NCBI RefSeq assembly: GCF_006345805.1
Contig: NC_043001.1
Span: 58,528,001-58,592,000 of the forward strand
DNA length: 64,000 nt
DNA from: Octopus sinensis
Taxonomy: Eukaryota
Direction: 5' to 3'
The notes under the pieces are model-generated. The model searched no databases and was not told where the DNA came from. It saw only the letters and a program-made list of their open reading frames with translations. The position numbers were made by a program, and so were the translations under genes. Shown in pieces: positions 24,689 to 36,621 of the stretch. Numbering within the stretch: the first letter of the stretch is position 1; every line of letters begins with the position of its first letter.

Positions 24689-27600
24689 CGGGGACCTTTA
24701 AGATAGAACACCGGGGACGTTTAAGAGAGAACACCGGGGACGTTTAAGGAGAACACCGGGTACGTTTAAGATGTAAGAAGGAAAATTCAGAGCTCCGAAA
24801 TCTATCCACAAACATCGAAAACAAGGACATCCTATGGAGCTAAAGTTTTACTAACAAAGAATTGGACTGTATCCGAGTAAGTAATACTCATTGAAATTTA
24901 TTACTATTTTCGAAACGAAATGATGTATTTTGACTCGATATCATCTCCGCCTCTAACGCAACACATGTAAACATGCGTGGAACATCACGATCATCTCCGA
25001 CCCCAAACACCATGTACAAAGGACCTACGAAGAAATTAAATGCCACCGATACTATTCAACCCAAGAATAACAATCGAGCGGTACGTACATTAAACTTACA
25101 ACAAAAAATGTACGAAAAACTACACGTGCGAAATAATGTGACAACAGAAATAAACGGACCGGTACCCTACGAAAATGACGACCGTCAAAATCATGGGCCG
25201 TACGTTGTACCTCATGTCCTGCAAATAAAACCCAAAATACGTAAATGGACACGTGAGGAATACATTTCTATCTTACACGCATACTTCACAGCAGTACTCT
25301 ACCCAAAAAATGAAAATACAACAACACATACATATAAAATATGGAAGGAAAATAATAGAGATATAGACTTGGATGCAGCAATGAACCCTAATAAATTAGC
25401 TAACGTATGAAGATACATTCTCAACACAAAAAAAATATCAGAAATAGAAATAGAACACCTAAAATAAAACATACACCAAGAAAATGTAGATAGAAGCCAC
25501 ACAACAATGCCCAATAATATAAACACTGAAACTGTAAAACACGAAGACAAACGCAACATTCCCAACAAACACGATGTAAACAACGAAGGGGAGCCTAATG
25601 ATTATGATAATATAAAAAATAAAATAATCAAAGAACTGAAAACCACAGAGCTCAAAATGGACCACCGACCATACCTCCCAAGAATCAAAATAAACAAAAT
25701 AACAACACCTAATATAAACAGCATAAACCTAGCCGTCACTGAACTGATAGCCACTGAATCAAAAAAAAGTGATATCACTGAGCTAAATAACCTAATATAC
25801 GCAGCAGCCACTGCAGCCACAAAAGAAGCTGGATACTCACCCAAACCCGCCCAAACAGGAGTACCACCACCCAAACAAACCCTATGGATAAATAACATCC
25901 AAAGCAAAATAAAAAAAATTAGAAAAGACCTGTGGATTCTTAATGAAATCAGCAAACAATCAACGCTACTGAGCAACAAAAAGAGAACAAAAATACTCCG
26001 CAAATATAACATCACAGAGAAAGATTTGCCTGAAATAAAAGAAAAGCTGAAGCAAGATATCCTTGCCAAAGCACAAAGGATCCGCCGGTACAAGAAATGC
26101 CAACGCTTCTTTGAAGAAAACAAAAAGTTCAACTCTAACCCCAAAAAGTTCTACCAAGAACTGGGAAAAAATAAAATAGAAGTCACTGCAGCACCAACGG
26201 CAGAAGAATTGGAAGAATTCTGGGGAGACATATGGTCGGCGAACGAACCACCAAGAAAAAGGAGTATCAGAATAACAAACTCGGCATCTGAACAACTTTG
26301 GACCCCCATAACAACTGAAGAGGTCACCCGGGCAATGCAAAGACTAAGCAACTGGAAGGCACCTGGGCATGACAAGATCCCCAACTTCTGGTTGAAATAT
26401 CTAACAGGAATGCACAAAAAGCTGGCTGAAAACTTTAACAAAGTACTAGCAGAGCCAGAGACAATGCCTGAATGGCTCACGAAGGGGAAAACCATCTTAA
26501 TTCCCAAATCAAATGAAACAGAAAAACCAGAAAACTACAGACCAATAACCTGCCTCCCTACTATGTTCAAGGCATTTACTGCAGTGATATCACAAAGGCT
26601 GAACAAGCACCTGGACGAAAACAAACTGTTCCCAGAAGAGCAGAAAGGATGCCGCAAAGGCTCATATGGCTGTAAAGATCAACTAATGATTAATAAAGCC
26701 ATAACTGAAGACAGCCACAGAAAGAAGAAAGGCCTCAGTATGGCCTGGATTGACTACAAAAAGGCGTTTGATAGCACCCCCCACACATGGATCCTCGAAA
26801 CTCTAGCCATTAACAAAGTAGCACCAACAATCATAAAATTCATAGGGCACTCTATGAATAAATGGCAAACAGTCCTACACCTCCAAACAAAAGAGGGACT
26901 CATGAAAACCAAAGACATCCCCATTAGAAGAGGAATATTCCAGGGAGACACGCTCTCTCCACTCCTTTTCTGCTTGGCACTGTCACCTCTATCTGATATG
27001 CTAAATAGAACTGGATGCAGATATAAATGTTACGTCAAAACGATCAGCCACCTTTTATATATGGATGACCTAAAACTATACGCTGCAAATGACAAACAGC
27101 TGGAAACACTATTAAAGACAGTTCATGGATTTACCAAAGAAATAGATATGAAATTTGGATTAGAAAAATGCGCCAAAGTAACCCTGAAAAGAGGAAAACT
27201 AGTTAAGAGTAACAACATCACACTAGATAAAACCAATGAAATAAAAGAATTAGACCAAAGCCAAACTTACAAATACTTAGGAATCCATGAACTACATAAG
27301 ACACAACACACACAAATGAAAGAGAAAATAAAAAAAGAATATTATAGACGAGTTAGATCAATACTAATCACAGAGCTCAATGCTAAAAACAAGATAATAG
27401 GTATCAACACTTTAGCTGTCCCAGTTATAAGTTACAGCTACAATATCCTTAACTGGACACGAAATGAACTGACCAAAATAGATAGGAAAACAAGAAAAAT
27501 AATGACAGGATCTAGGATGCATCACCCAAAATCTGACATAGAAAGGCTATATATACAAAGTATAGAAGGTGGTAGAGGTCTTATACAGCTGGAAAACTAC

Positions 27601-28716
27601 TATAAAATAACCACCATAGGACTGCAAATATATCTACTTCAGAAGGAAGGAAAACTGATCCAGATAGCGGCAAAACACGAGCAAAACAAAAAACTGTTCT
27701 CGTATTTAAGGAAGCTGACAAATACAAACAAGAAATCATACCACCTAATAAACACAAAGAAGAAGAAGAAGATGATGAAGAAACAACAAAAGCTATAAGA
27801 CAAATGAAATCCAAACTAAAAATAGAACAGCAACGAACCATGATAAAACGATGGCAAGAAAAGCCCCTTCATGGTAAATACTGGACTAAACTAAACGCAA
27901 AAGAAATAGACAAAGAAAAATCACAGCAATGGTTGAGAAGCTCAGGACACAAAGCAGAGCCAGAGGGATTTTTAATTGCAGCACAAGACCAAAGCCTCCC
28001 CACCAGAAATTACCAGAAACATGTAATAAAATTAAATATTACAAGTAACTACAGAATATGTGGAGATGGACAAGAAACAATAAATCATATTATCTCTAGC
28101 TGCCCAGTCTTGGCTAAGAAGGAATATATTCACAGACATGACAGAGTTGGAACCTACATACATTGGAAGCTATGCCAACATTATGGAATAACAACAGAAA
28201 AAAGATGGTATAGGCACACGCCAGAAAAGGTCACAGAAAACGAGAAAGCAACCATACTCTGGGATATGCCGATACACACAGATAGAGAAATTAAGGCCAA
28301 CAGACCAGATATAGTTGTAAGAGATCATGAAGAAAAAAAAAGCTTTCTAATTGATGTATCAATACCGGCTGATGACAACGTGTCTCTAAAAGAAATGGAG
28401 AAACTCTCAAAATACAAAGACCTGGAAATAGAGGTAACTAGAATGTGGAATCTGAAAACAGAAACAATTCTTATCACAGTAGGTGCATTAAGCATGATAA
28501 AAAAAAAATTCAGACAAATACATAACAAAAACACCAGGACTTACAAACACATATAACATACAGAAAATTGTACTACTAGGCACTGTACACATCCTACGCA
28601 GAACACTTTCAATACAATAACCATCAGAGCATCACAGCAAATCACAGCACCTACCCAAGGCACACAGAGCTGTGCTCGGTAGTGAAGTGAATGCACGCTA
28701 TAAAAGTAAAACTACT
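24689..28716 (+). mobile_element. R4/Dong-type non-LTR retrotransposon, lineage A, apparently full length (A1)
   Basis: 5'UTR with tandem repeats, one long ORF 24973-28620 when repaired, 3'UTR and (AAT)n tail; (AAT)6 at the 5' junction. Confidence 0.95.
24973..28620 (+). pseudogene. Dong/R4 polyprotein: Myb-like N-terminus, RT, CCHC finger, PD-(D/E)xK restriction-like endonuclease
   Basis: RKWTREEY Myb-like motif; WKAPGHD, YRPITCL, AWIDYKKAFDS, GIFQGDTLSP, LYMDDLKL; xRICGDGQETINHIISSC; RPDIVVRD..LIDVSIP..EKLSKYKDL. Disabled by in-frame stops at 25408 and 25465, a 1-bp deletion near 27701 and an A-run slip near 28500. Confidence 0.93.
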
Positions 28717-28744
28717 AAATAATAATAATAATAATAATAAAAAT

Positions 28745-28801
<57 letters not shown>

Positions 28802-28803
<2 letters not shown>

Positions 28804-29008
28804 CGCAATTAAAACCCAAAAGTCGTAAATGGACACGTGAGGAATACATTTCTATCTTACACGCATACTTCACAACAATGCTCTACCCACAAAATGAAAA
28901 TACAACAACACATACATATAAAATATGGAAGGAAAATAATAGAGATATAGACTTAGATACAGCAATGAACCCTAATAAATTAGCTAACGTACGAAGATAC
29001 ATTCTCAA
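28802..29008 (+). mobile_element. Internal fragment of Dong lineage A (Myb-like region) bounded by AAT tracts
   Basis: Near-identical to about 25220-25425 of A1; carries CGA where A1 has the TGA stop. Confidence 0.9.
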
Positions 29009-29049
29009 TAATAATAATAATAATGATAATAATAATAATAACGATAATG

Positions 29050-29140
<91 letters not shown>

Positions 29141-29141
<1 letters not shown>

Positions 29142-31367
29142 TGCTGAACAAGCACCTGGACGAAAACAAACTGTTCTCAGAAGAGCAGAAAGGATGCTGC
29201 AAAGGCTCATATGGCTGTAAAGATCAACTAATGATTAATAAAGCCATAACTGAAGACAGCCACAGAAAGAAGAAAGGCCTCAGTATGGCCTGGATCGATT
29301 ACAAAAATGCGTTTGATAGCATCCCCCACACATGGATCCTCGAAACACTAGTCATTAACAAAGTAGCACCAACAATCATAAAATTCATAGAGCACTCTAT
29401 GAATAAATGGCAAACAGTCCTACACCTCCAAACAAAAGAGGGACTCATGAAAACCAAAGACATCCCCATTAGAAGAGGAATATTCCAGGGAGACACGCTC
29501 TCTCCACTCCTTTTCTGCTTGGCACTGTCACCTCTATCTGATATACTAAATAGAACTGGACGCGTATAAAAATGTTACGGCAAAACGATCAGCCACCTTT
29601 TATATATGGATGACCTAAAACTATACGCTGCAAATGACAAACAGCTGGAAACACTATTAAAGACAGTTCATGGATTTACCAAAGAAATAGATATGAAATT
29701 TGGATTAGAAAAATGCGCCAAAGTAACCCTGAAAAGAGGAAAACTAGTTAAGAGTAACATCACACTAGATAAAACCAATGAAATAAACGAATTAGACCAA
29801 AGCCAAACTTACAAATACTTAGGAATCCATGAACTAGATAAGACACAACACACACAAATGAAAGAGAAAATAAAAAAAAATATTATAGACGAGTTAGATC
29901 AATACTAATCACAGAGCTCAATGCTAAAAACAAGATAATAGGTATCAACACTTTAGCTGTCCCAGTTATAAGTTACAGCTACAATATCCTTAACTGGACA
30001 CGAAATGAATTGACCAAAATAGATAGGAAAACAAGAAAAATAATGACAGGATCTAGGATGCATCACCCAAAATCTGACATAGAAAGACTATATATACAAC
30101 GTATAGAAGGTGGTAGAGGCCTTATACAGCTGGAAAACTACTACAAAACAACCACCATAGGACTGCAAAAATATCTACTTCAGAAGGAAGGAAAACTGAT
30201 CCAGATAGCGGCAACACACGAGCAAAACAAAAAACAGTTCTCAGTATTTAAGGAAGCTGACAAATTCAAACAAGAAATCATACCACCTAATAAACATGAA
30301 GAAGAAGAAGAAGAAGAAGAAGAAGAAGAAGAAGAAGAAGAAGAAGAAGAAGAAGAAGAAGAAGAAGAAGAAGAAGAAGAAGAAGAAGAAGAAGAAGAAG
30401 AAGAAGAAGAAGAAGAAGAAGAAGAAGAAGAAGAAGAAACAACAAAAGCTATAAAACAAATGAAATCCAAACTAAAAATAGAACAGCAACGAACCATGAT
30501 AAAACGATGGCAAGAAAAGCCCCTTCATGGTAAATACTGGACTAAACTAAACGCAAAAGAAATAGACAAAGAAAAATCACAGCAATGGTTGAGAAGCTCA
30601 GGACACAAAGCAGAGCCAGAGGGATTTTTAATTGCAGCACAAGACCAAAGCCTCCCCACCAGAAATTACCAAAAACATGTAATAAAAAGAAATATTACAA
30701 GTAACTGCAGAATATGTGGAGATGGACAAGAAACAATAAATCATATTATCTCTAGCTGCCCAGTCTTGGCTAAGAAGGAATATATTCACAGACATGACAG
30801 AGTTGGAACCTACATACATTGGAAGCTATGCCAACATTATGGAATAACAACAGAAAAAAGATGGTATAGGCACACGCCAGAAAAGGTCACAGAAAACGAG
30901 AAAGCAACCATACTCTGGGATATGCCGATACACACAGATAGAGAAATTATGGCCAACAGACCAGATATAGTTGTCAGAGATCATGAAGAAAAAAAATGCT
31001 TTCTAATTGATGTATCAATACCGACAGATGACAACGTGTCTCTAAAAGAAATGGAGAAACTCTCAAAATACAAAGACCTGGAAATAGAGGTAACTAGAAT
31101 GTGGAATCTGAAAACAGAAACAATTCCTATCATAGTAGGTGCATTAGGCATGATAAAAAAATATTCAGACAAATACATAACAAAAACACCAGGACTTAGA
31201 AACATATAACATACAGAAAATTGCACTACTAGGCACTGCACACATCCTACGCAGAACACTTTCCATACAATAACCATCAGAGCATCACAACAAATCACAG
31301 CACATACCCAAGGCACACAGAGCTGCGCTCGGTAGTGAAATGAAAGCACGCTATAAAAATAAAACTA

Positions 31368-31370
<3 letters not shown>
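29141..31370 (+). mobile_element. Dong lineage A, 5'-truncated copy (A2)
   Basis: Starts at the A1-equivalent of about 26599; RT, intact CRIC..H..SSC finger, RLE, 3'UTR, AAT tail; frameshifts near 29560, 29870 and 31205. Confidence 0.95.
30298..30438 (+). repeat. (GAA)47 in frame inside the A2 ORF (poly-Glu)
   Basis: 141 nt of pure GAA; the equivalent site in A1 encodes KEEEEDDEE. Confidence 0.95.
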
Positions 31371-31435
<65 letters not shown>

Positions 31436-31438
<3 letters not shown>

Positions 31439-32297
31439 GAAACAAACACAGAAAAAGCTAGGCGCATGAAAACCTGTGCCAAAACTGCGGCCTTAGATAT
31501 TCTGAATAATAAATGGCAAGAAAAACCTCTCTATGGCAAATACCCAAAGAGAGCGAATAATGCAGATATCGACAAAGCCCTGACCTATGAATGGCTAATG
31601 GCCTCTGGCTTAAAATCTGAAAAAGAGGGGTTTATCATAGCAGCTCAAGATCAATGCCTACCAACAAGAAACTACCAGGCCAACATATTAAAGAACGGCA
31701 GTAGCCCCACATGTCGTGTATGCCGACAACAAAATGAAACCATTGACCATGATGTCTCCAAATGCAGTCTTCTAGCGCCTACAGAGTACATCAGTAGGCA
31801 TGATAGAGCAGCACAATATATTCACTGGGTAATTTGCAAAAACCTGGATTTGCCCCATGAAAAAAACTGGTGGGAACACGATCCACCTCCTGTGCTTGAA
31901 AATGACCACATCTCACTCCTCTGGAACTTCACCATTCAAACTGACAGGAAGATAGATGCAAATAGGCCAGATATCATATTGAAAGATTTCAGACAAAAAA
32001 CATGCCTCCTCATTGATATGACTGTCCCAATCGATATAAACGTATCTATCAAGACCTACCAAAAACTGAGCAAATATAAAGATCTTGAAATAGAAATCAG
32101 CAAAATGTGGAAGCTGAAGACTAAAACAATACCTGTTGTCATAGGTGCCCTGGGAATGATAGCGAAAGGGACTGATTGCTACCTAACTCAGATACCAGGA
32201 AACCCCAAAATGGTAGAAATTCAAAAGATAGTGCTCATGTGAACTGCTCATATCCTACGCAAAATACTCTCTATGTAATCCCAAGGTTTAAAACAAA

Positions 32298-32328
<31 letters not shown>

Positions 32329-32483
32329 TGTTTATTTTTTATTTTTATGTATTAGACATTCACTCGTACAACACAAAAAACCCCCCAAATATATGGCACA
32401 GAACTTCTAACCTGTTGTCTCTTGAGGTCTCTGGGTGAGTCTTGGAGTCAACTTGTACAGACATAAAGCAAAAGTCAAACATA

Positions 32484-32484
<1 letters not shown>
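31436..32484 (+). mobile_element. Dong lineage B, 5'-truncated copy (B2)
   Basis: ORF 31466-32242: WQEKPLYG, CRVC..ETIDH..SKC, RPDIILKD..LIDMTVP..KLSKYKDL; 3'UTR; AAT on both sides. Confidence 0.93.
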
Positions 32485-32557
<73 letters not shown>

Positions 32558-32583
32558 TAATAATAATAATAATAATAATAATA

Positions 32584-33447
32584 AGCTGATGTTGACCAGA
32601 AGCAAACCCATCAGTGGCTACGAAGCTCAGGGCTAAAAGCAGAGAGCGAAGGTTTCATCCTGGCTGCTCAAGATCAAAGCCTATTAACCCGGAACTACCA
32701 GGCCAATGTGATGAAAAATGGAGCAAAATGCCGATTCTGCAACGACATGATTGAAACAGTGGACCACCTAATCTCTGGATGTAAAGTCTTAGCACCAGTG
32801 GAGTATATATTAAGACATGACAGAGTTGGCCAATATCTCCACTGGCTAATAAGTCGGCATTACAATATCAAAACTGCCGACAAGTGATATAATCACCACC
32901 CTGAGGCTGTAACTGAAGGAGAAAATGTAACGATTCTGTGGGACTTTCCAGTACATACAGACCGAACCGTCAAGGCCAATAAACCAGATATTGTTGTGAA
33001 AGACCAAAACAATAAAGTTTGCTTATTGATCGACATGAGCATCCCCTGTGATCATAATATCTCAGCGAAAGAGTTTGACAAGCTCAGAAAATATAAAGAC
33101 CTACTCATTGAAATTGAGAAAATGTGGCATCTCAAGGCGGTTACAATACCAGTAATCGTAGGAGCACTAGGAATGATCAAGAAGGGAACCGAAAATTATA
33201 TGAGAATGATCCCTGGCTTACCATCCCTGCAAGAAGTGCAAAAGATTGTCTTAACTGGTACATCACACGTATTGAGAAGAGCATTGTCGATGTGAGAACT
33301 GTTGCTGCTCATGTATTTTAATTTAACTTTAAAAAAAATGAACGAACTATTGTTTAGTTTAATGGCCTACCAATGTACACTATGAGTTTCTTTGCCCTAG
33401 GAGTTGGGAAGACACTCGGCAAGAAATGGAAGCAAATTTGAAAGAAG
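32584..33447 (+). mobile_element. Dong lineage C, 5'-truncated copy
   Basis: Manual translation HQWLRSSGLKAESEGFILAAQDQ..CRFCNDMIETVDHLISGC, KPDIVVKD..LIDMSIP, LRRALSM*; 3'UTR differs from A and B. Confidence 0.92.
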
Positions 33448-33454
33448 AAAAAAA

Positions 33455-33635
33455 AATAATAATAATAATAATAATAATGATAATAATAAAAATAAAAATA
33501 ATAATGATAATAATAATAATGATGATGATAATAATAATAATAATAATGATAATAATAATAATAATAAAAATAATAATAATAATAACAATAATAACAATAA
33601 TAACAATAATAATAAGAATAATAACAATAATAATA

Positions 33636-33670
<35 letters not shown>

Positions 33671-33689
33671 AATAATAATAATAATAATA

Positions 33690-33723
<34 letters not shown>
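33455..33723. repeat. Compound (AAT)/(AAC)/(GAT)n tract
   Basis: Direct reading. Confidence 0.95.
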
Positions 33724-33724
<1 letters not shown>

Positions 33725-33908
33725 GATGACAACGTTTCTCTAAAACGAATGAAGAAACTTTCAAAATACAAAGACCTGGAAAATAGAGGTACCTCGAATG
33801 TGGAATCTAAAAACAGAAAGAAATTCAATCATAGTAGGCGCATTAAGTATGATAAAAAATTATTCATACAAATACATATCAACAAAACACCTGTACTAAG
33901 AAATATAT
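33724..33908 (+). mobile_element. Older Dong lineage A fragment (RLE end), 3' part lost
   Basis: DDNVSLKRMKKLSKYKDLE resembles 31027-31210; more diverged than A1/A2. Confidence 0.85.
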
Positions 33909-33914
33909 AGCATT

Positions 33915-34793
33915 AATACCCATTTTTTTTAACCGCACCCTTCGAAATAAAGGGGTAGTAAGGTATCAATTTTGAAAACTCTTTTTTCTACATCTTCTAC
34001 TCCTTCATCATCCCACTCAGGATATATTTTGGTCAATTTAGTTTTTGCCCTTCAAAACCATAAAAATTGTTAATATTTTCAGAGGGAAAATGGAATGATT
34101 TAATGGCGATTTAGATGTTGAATCTAGCACATCCATAGACAAACTTCCTCGTTTCTTTATCACTCTTACATGTATTGATGCTTTTCAATATTTTCCCCCA
34201 TTTATATGCTATAAAAAAGAAAATTTGAGAAATTATGAACTTTATGCAACCCCGATTGTTTCTGTTTAGAAATTAAAATATTGAAGAGTCTGAGAATATA
34301 TCAACTCTGATTTTTTAAAATTATGCAAATGTACTTGCATAGCAATTGACTTGATCTGAGATCGTGTGCTGAAACGAAAACTATTGCAGAGTGTAAGATG
34401 TTTGTAAGCCATTCAAGAAAACACATAAACAGTTTTACTTCAACAATTAAATTTCATTTTTGTCAAACTATTTTCTTCGCTTTGAAACTCTGACCTGTTC
34501 ATTGACAAAAACTTCACAGAAGTGATGAAGTACGAAGTTTTTCAGTGAACATGTTGCAGTTTGAAAGAGACGAAAATATTTTGACACAAATGAAATTTAA
34601 ATGTTGAATTGAAACCAACAGTTTTTGTGTTTTCTCGAATGGCTTATAAACATCTTCTATGCTATAATTGTTGTTGATCTTAAAGAAAAGTTTTATGTAA
34701 ATGATAATTCATTTCAATAGTATAGTTTTCAGTTAGAAAATTATTTTTCTAATACACACACACACATACACGCATACACACACGCGCACACAC

Positions 34794-34831
<38 letters not shown>

Positions 34832-35165
34832 CCACACACACGCGCACACACACACACACACACGGCTTCGCTTGATTCAGGTGGGAGTAAAAACTCAGAT
34901 TACAATTGATTTTGTTTTCTTTCCACCAGTGGACGACACGTGTGTTACTTCGGCATCATCATTCCATAAAATGTGTTTAATGGGAGAAAAATATAGCAGA
35001 AAACTTTAATACAAGTGAGGGTGAAAAGAGAAACATAAGCGAAACTTCCCTTGAATCGTTCATCTTTTCCTCTGAAAATATTTCCAATGTTTTATTTTCT
35101 TTTTACAGAAAATGCCCCTTTCATGTTTTTTAACTTAAATAGGAAAATTACCAAAATCGGTTCGG
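33915..35165. mobile_element. Foldback/MITE-like element with central palindrome
   Basis: 34395-34656 is a degenerate palindrome; outer inverted matches at 34072-34100/35054-35082 and about 34017-34045/35140-35165; no coding capacity. Confidence 0.65.
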
Positions 35166-35180
35166 ATAGTTATTAGGCAT

Positions 35181-35368
35181 TTCTACTCTAGGGAGGGGAG
35201 CAGACGATTAGATCGACCCCAGTACGCAACTGGTACTTCATTTATCGTCCCTGAAAGGATGAACGGCAAAGTGGACCTCGGGGGAATTTGAACTCAGAAC
35301 GTAAAGTGAAACGAAATACTGTTAAGCATTTTGCCTGGCATGCTAAAGTTTCTGCCAGCTCCCCGCCA
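35181..35368 (-). mobile_element. SINE family B
   Basis: Reverse complement of the 12559 head and body, with the alternative tail ctagagtagaa. Confidence 0.85.
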
Positions 35369-35817
35369 TCTGAATAATTATGTTGTAAGAATTATAGAAT
35401 TCCAAACAGCCATAACAACAAAATCAATTAATTTTTTTACAAAAATTATTGAGTAAAAAATGTGTTTACATTACGTATATATTTATAGGATAAACTGTCG
35501 GTTTTCCAAATAGCGAATTAAAACTTGAAATGAAAACATCAAAGGACAACACGAGGAATTTCGCAAATGAAAATGCAATAAATATTTATATTTGGAAGAA
35601 TTGGACGCAGTGAATGCAATGAAAGTTAAAATTGGCGGGAAATTGGAATAAAAAATTCAATAAACTTGAGAAATCGAAATTATAGGAAGTTTCGTAGAAT
35701 ATGAATTTGTAAAATTATTTCCAGACGGTCAACCCTTTAATAATTGCTTTCTCATAGTACTTTTAGTAAATCATGCACACCTAATTAATAAGTAGCTTTC
35801 TCCATTAAAGTACATAA

Positions 35818-35899
<82 letters not shown>
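35818..35899. repeat. (ATT)n tract
   Basis: Direct reading. Confidence 0.97.
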
Positions 35900-36574
35900 G
35901 AGTGAGAGAGCAGGTCATGCCATCAAAGTGACACTGGGGTAAAATATACGAAGCCCAGTATACCCATCATGACTACCCGTCTGATAAGGGTACACCAGGC
36001 ACATGCATCACAACCATATTTGCGCAACGTGGTGATCTCATATCAAGATAAACAGCATATGACCTTGCAGGAGGGGCCCAGTTAGAATTTTCTTCAGGTT
36101 GAGTAGCCCATCCCGCTCAAAAGGTCCCTGAATAAGGGTTGTTTAAGGATGTTGAACGTAGCACTCATGTTTCCAGAGGTGAATTATTCAAACCCCAAAG
36201 AATCCCTCTCAACACACGGCTATAATGCTCCCCCACTACTTCTGCTCGTGATCAGAGATGCACATATCGTCAGCCACTAAGGGACATGCTCAACTGGTTA
36301 CGGTCAAACAACTGACAAGCAAATCTGTGGTATTGAGCAGAATATTTGCTGTAGCCCATCTTTTATACCAAGACAAAACAACGTACATGATAACAGTTCC
36401 AATAAGTTAAAATCAGAAGCCATGAGAGCCACTGCCTAGGTACTGCATCAGGGCATTGATTCTCCCCTACTATTTCTGCTCGTGATCAGAGATGCACACA
36501 TCGTCAGCCACTAAGGGACATGCTCAACTGGTTATGGTCAAAAATCTGACAAGCAAATATGTGGTATTGAGCAG

Positions 36575-36575
<1 letters not shown>
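35900..36575 (-). mobile_element. Non-coding interspersed element embedded in (AAT)n, with duplicated internal segment
   Basis: About 558-bp unit 35900-36457 plus a copy of 36228-36341 at 36462-36575; flanked by AAT-type tracts; no ORF. Strand inferred from the tail. Confidence 0.65.

Positions 36576-36621
<46 letters not shown>

Noticed and set aside
24689-24771. CRISPR-like repeat array
   Set aside because: Units are adjacent with no unique spacers, the context is eukaryotic, and there are no cas genes.
24780-24850. HDV-like ribozyme in the Dong 5'UTR (AGCTCC/GGAGCT stem)
   Set aside because: No P3/L3 motif or J1/4 GG for P1.1; the nested pseudoknot cannot be built.
36380-36457. HDV-like fold or U2 snRNA similarity at the 5' end of the TAA-embedded element
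   Set aside because: P1 needs a bulge, GG is absent after P1', and the U2-like match is about 12 nt and gapped.
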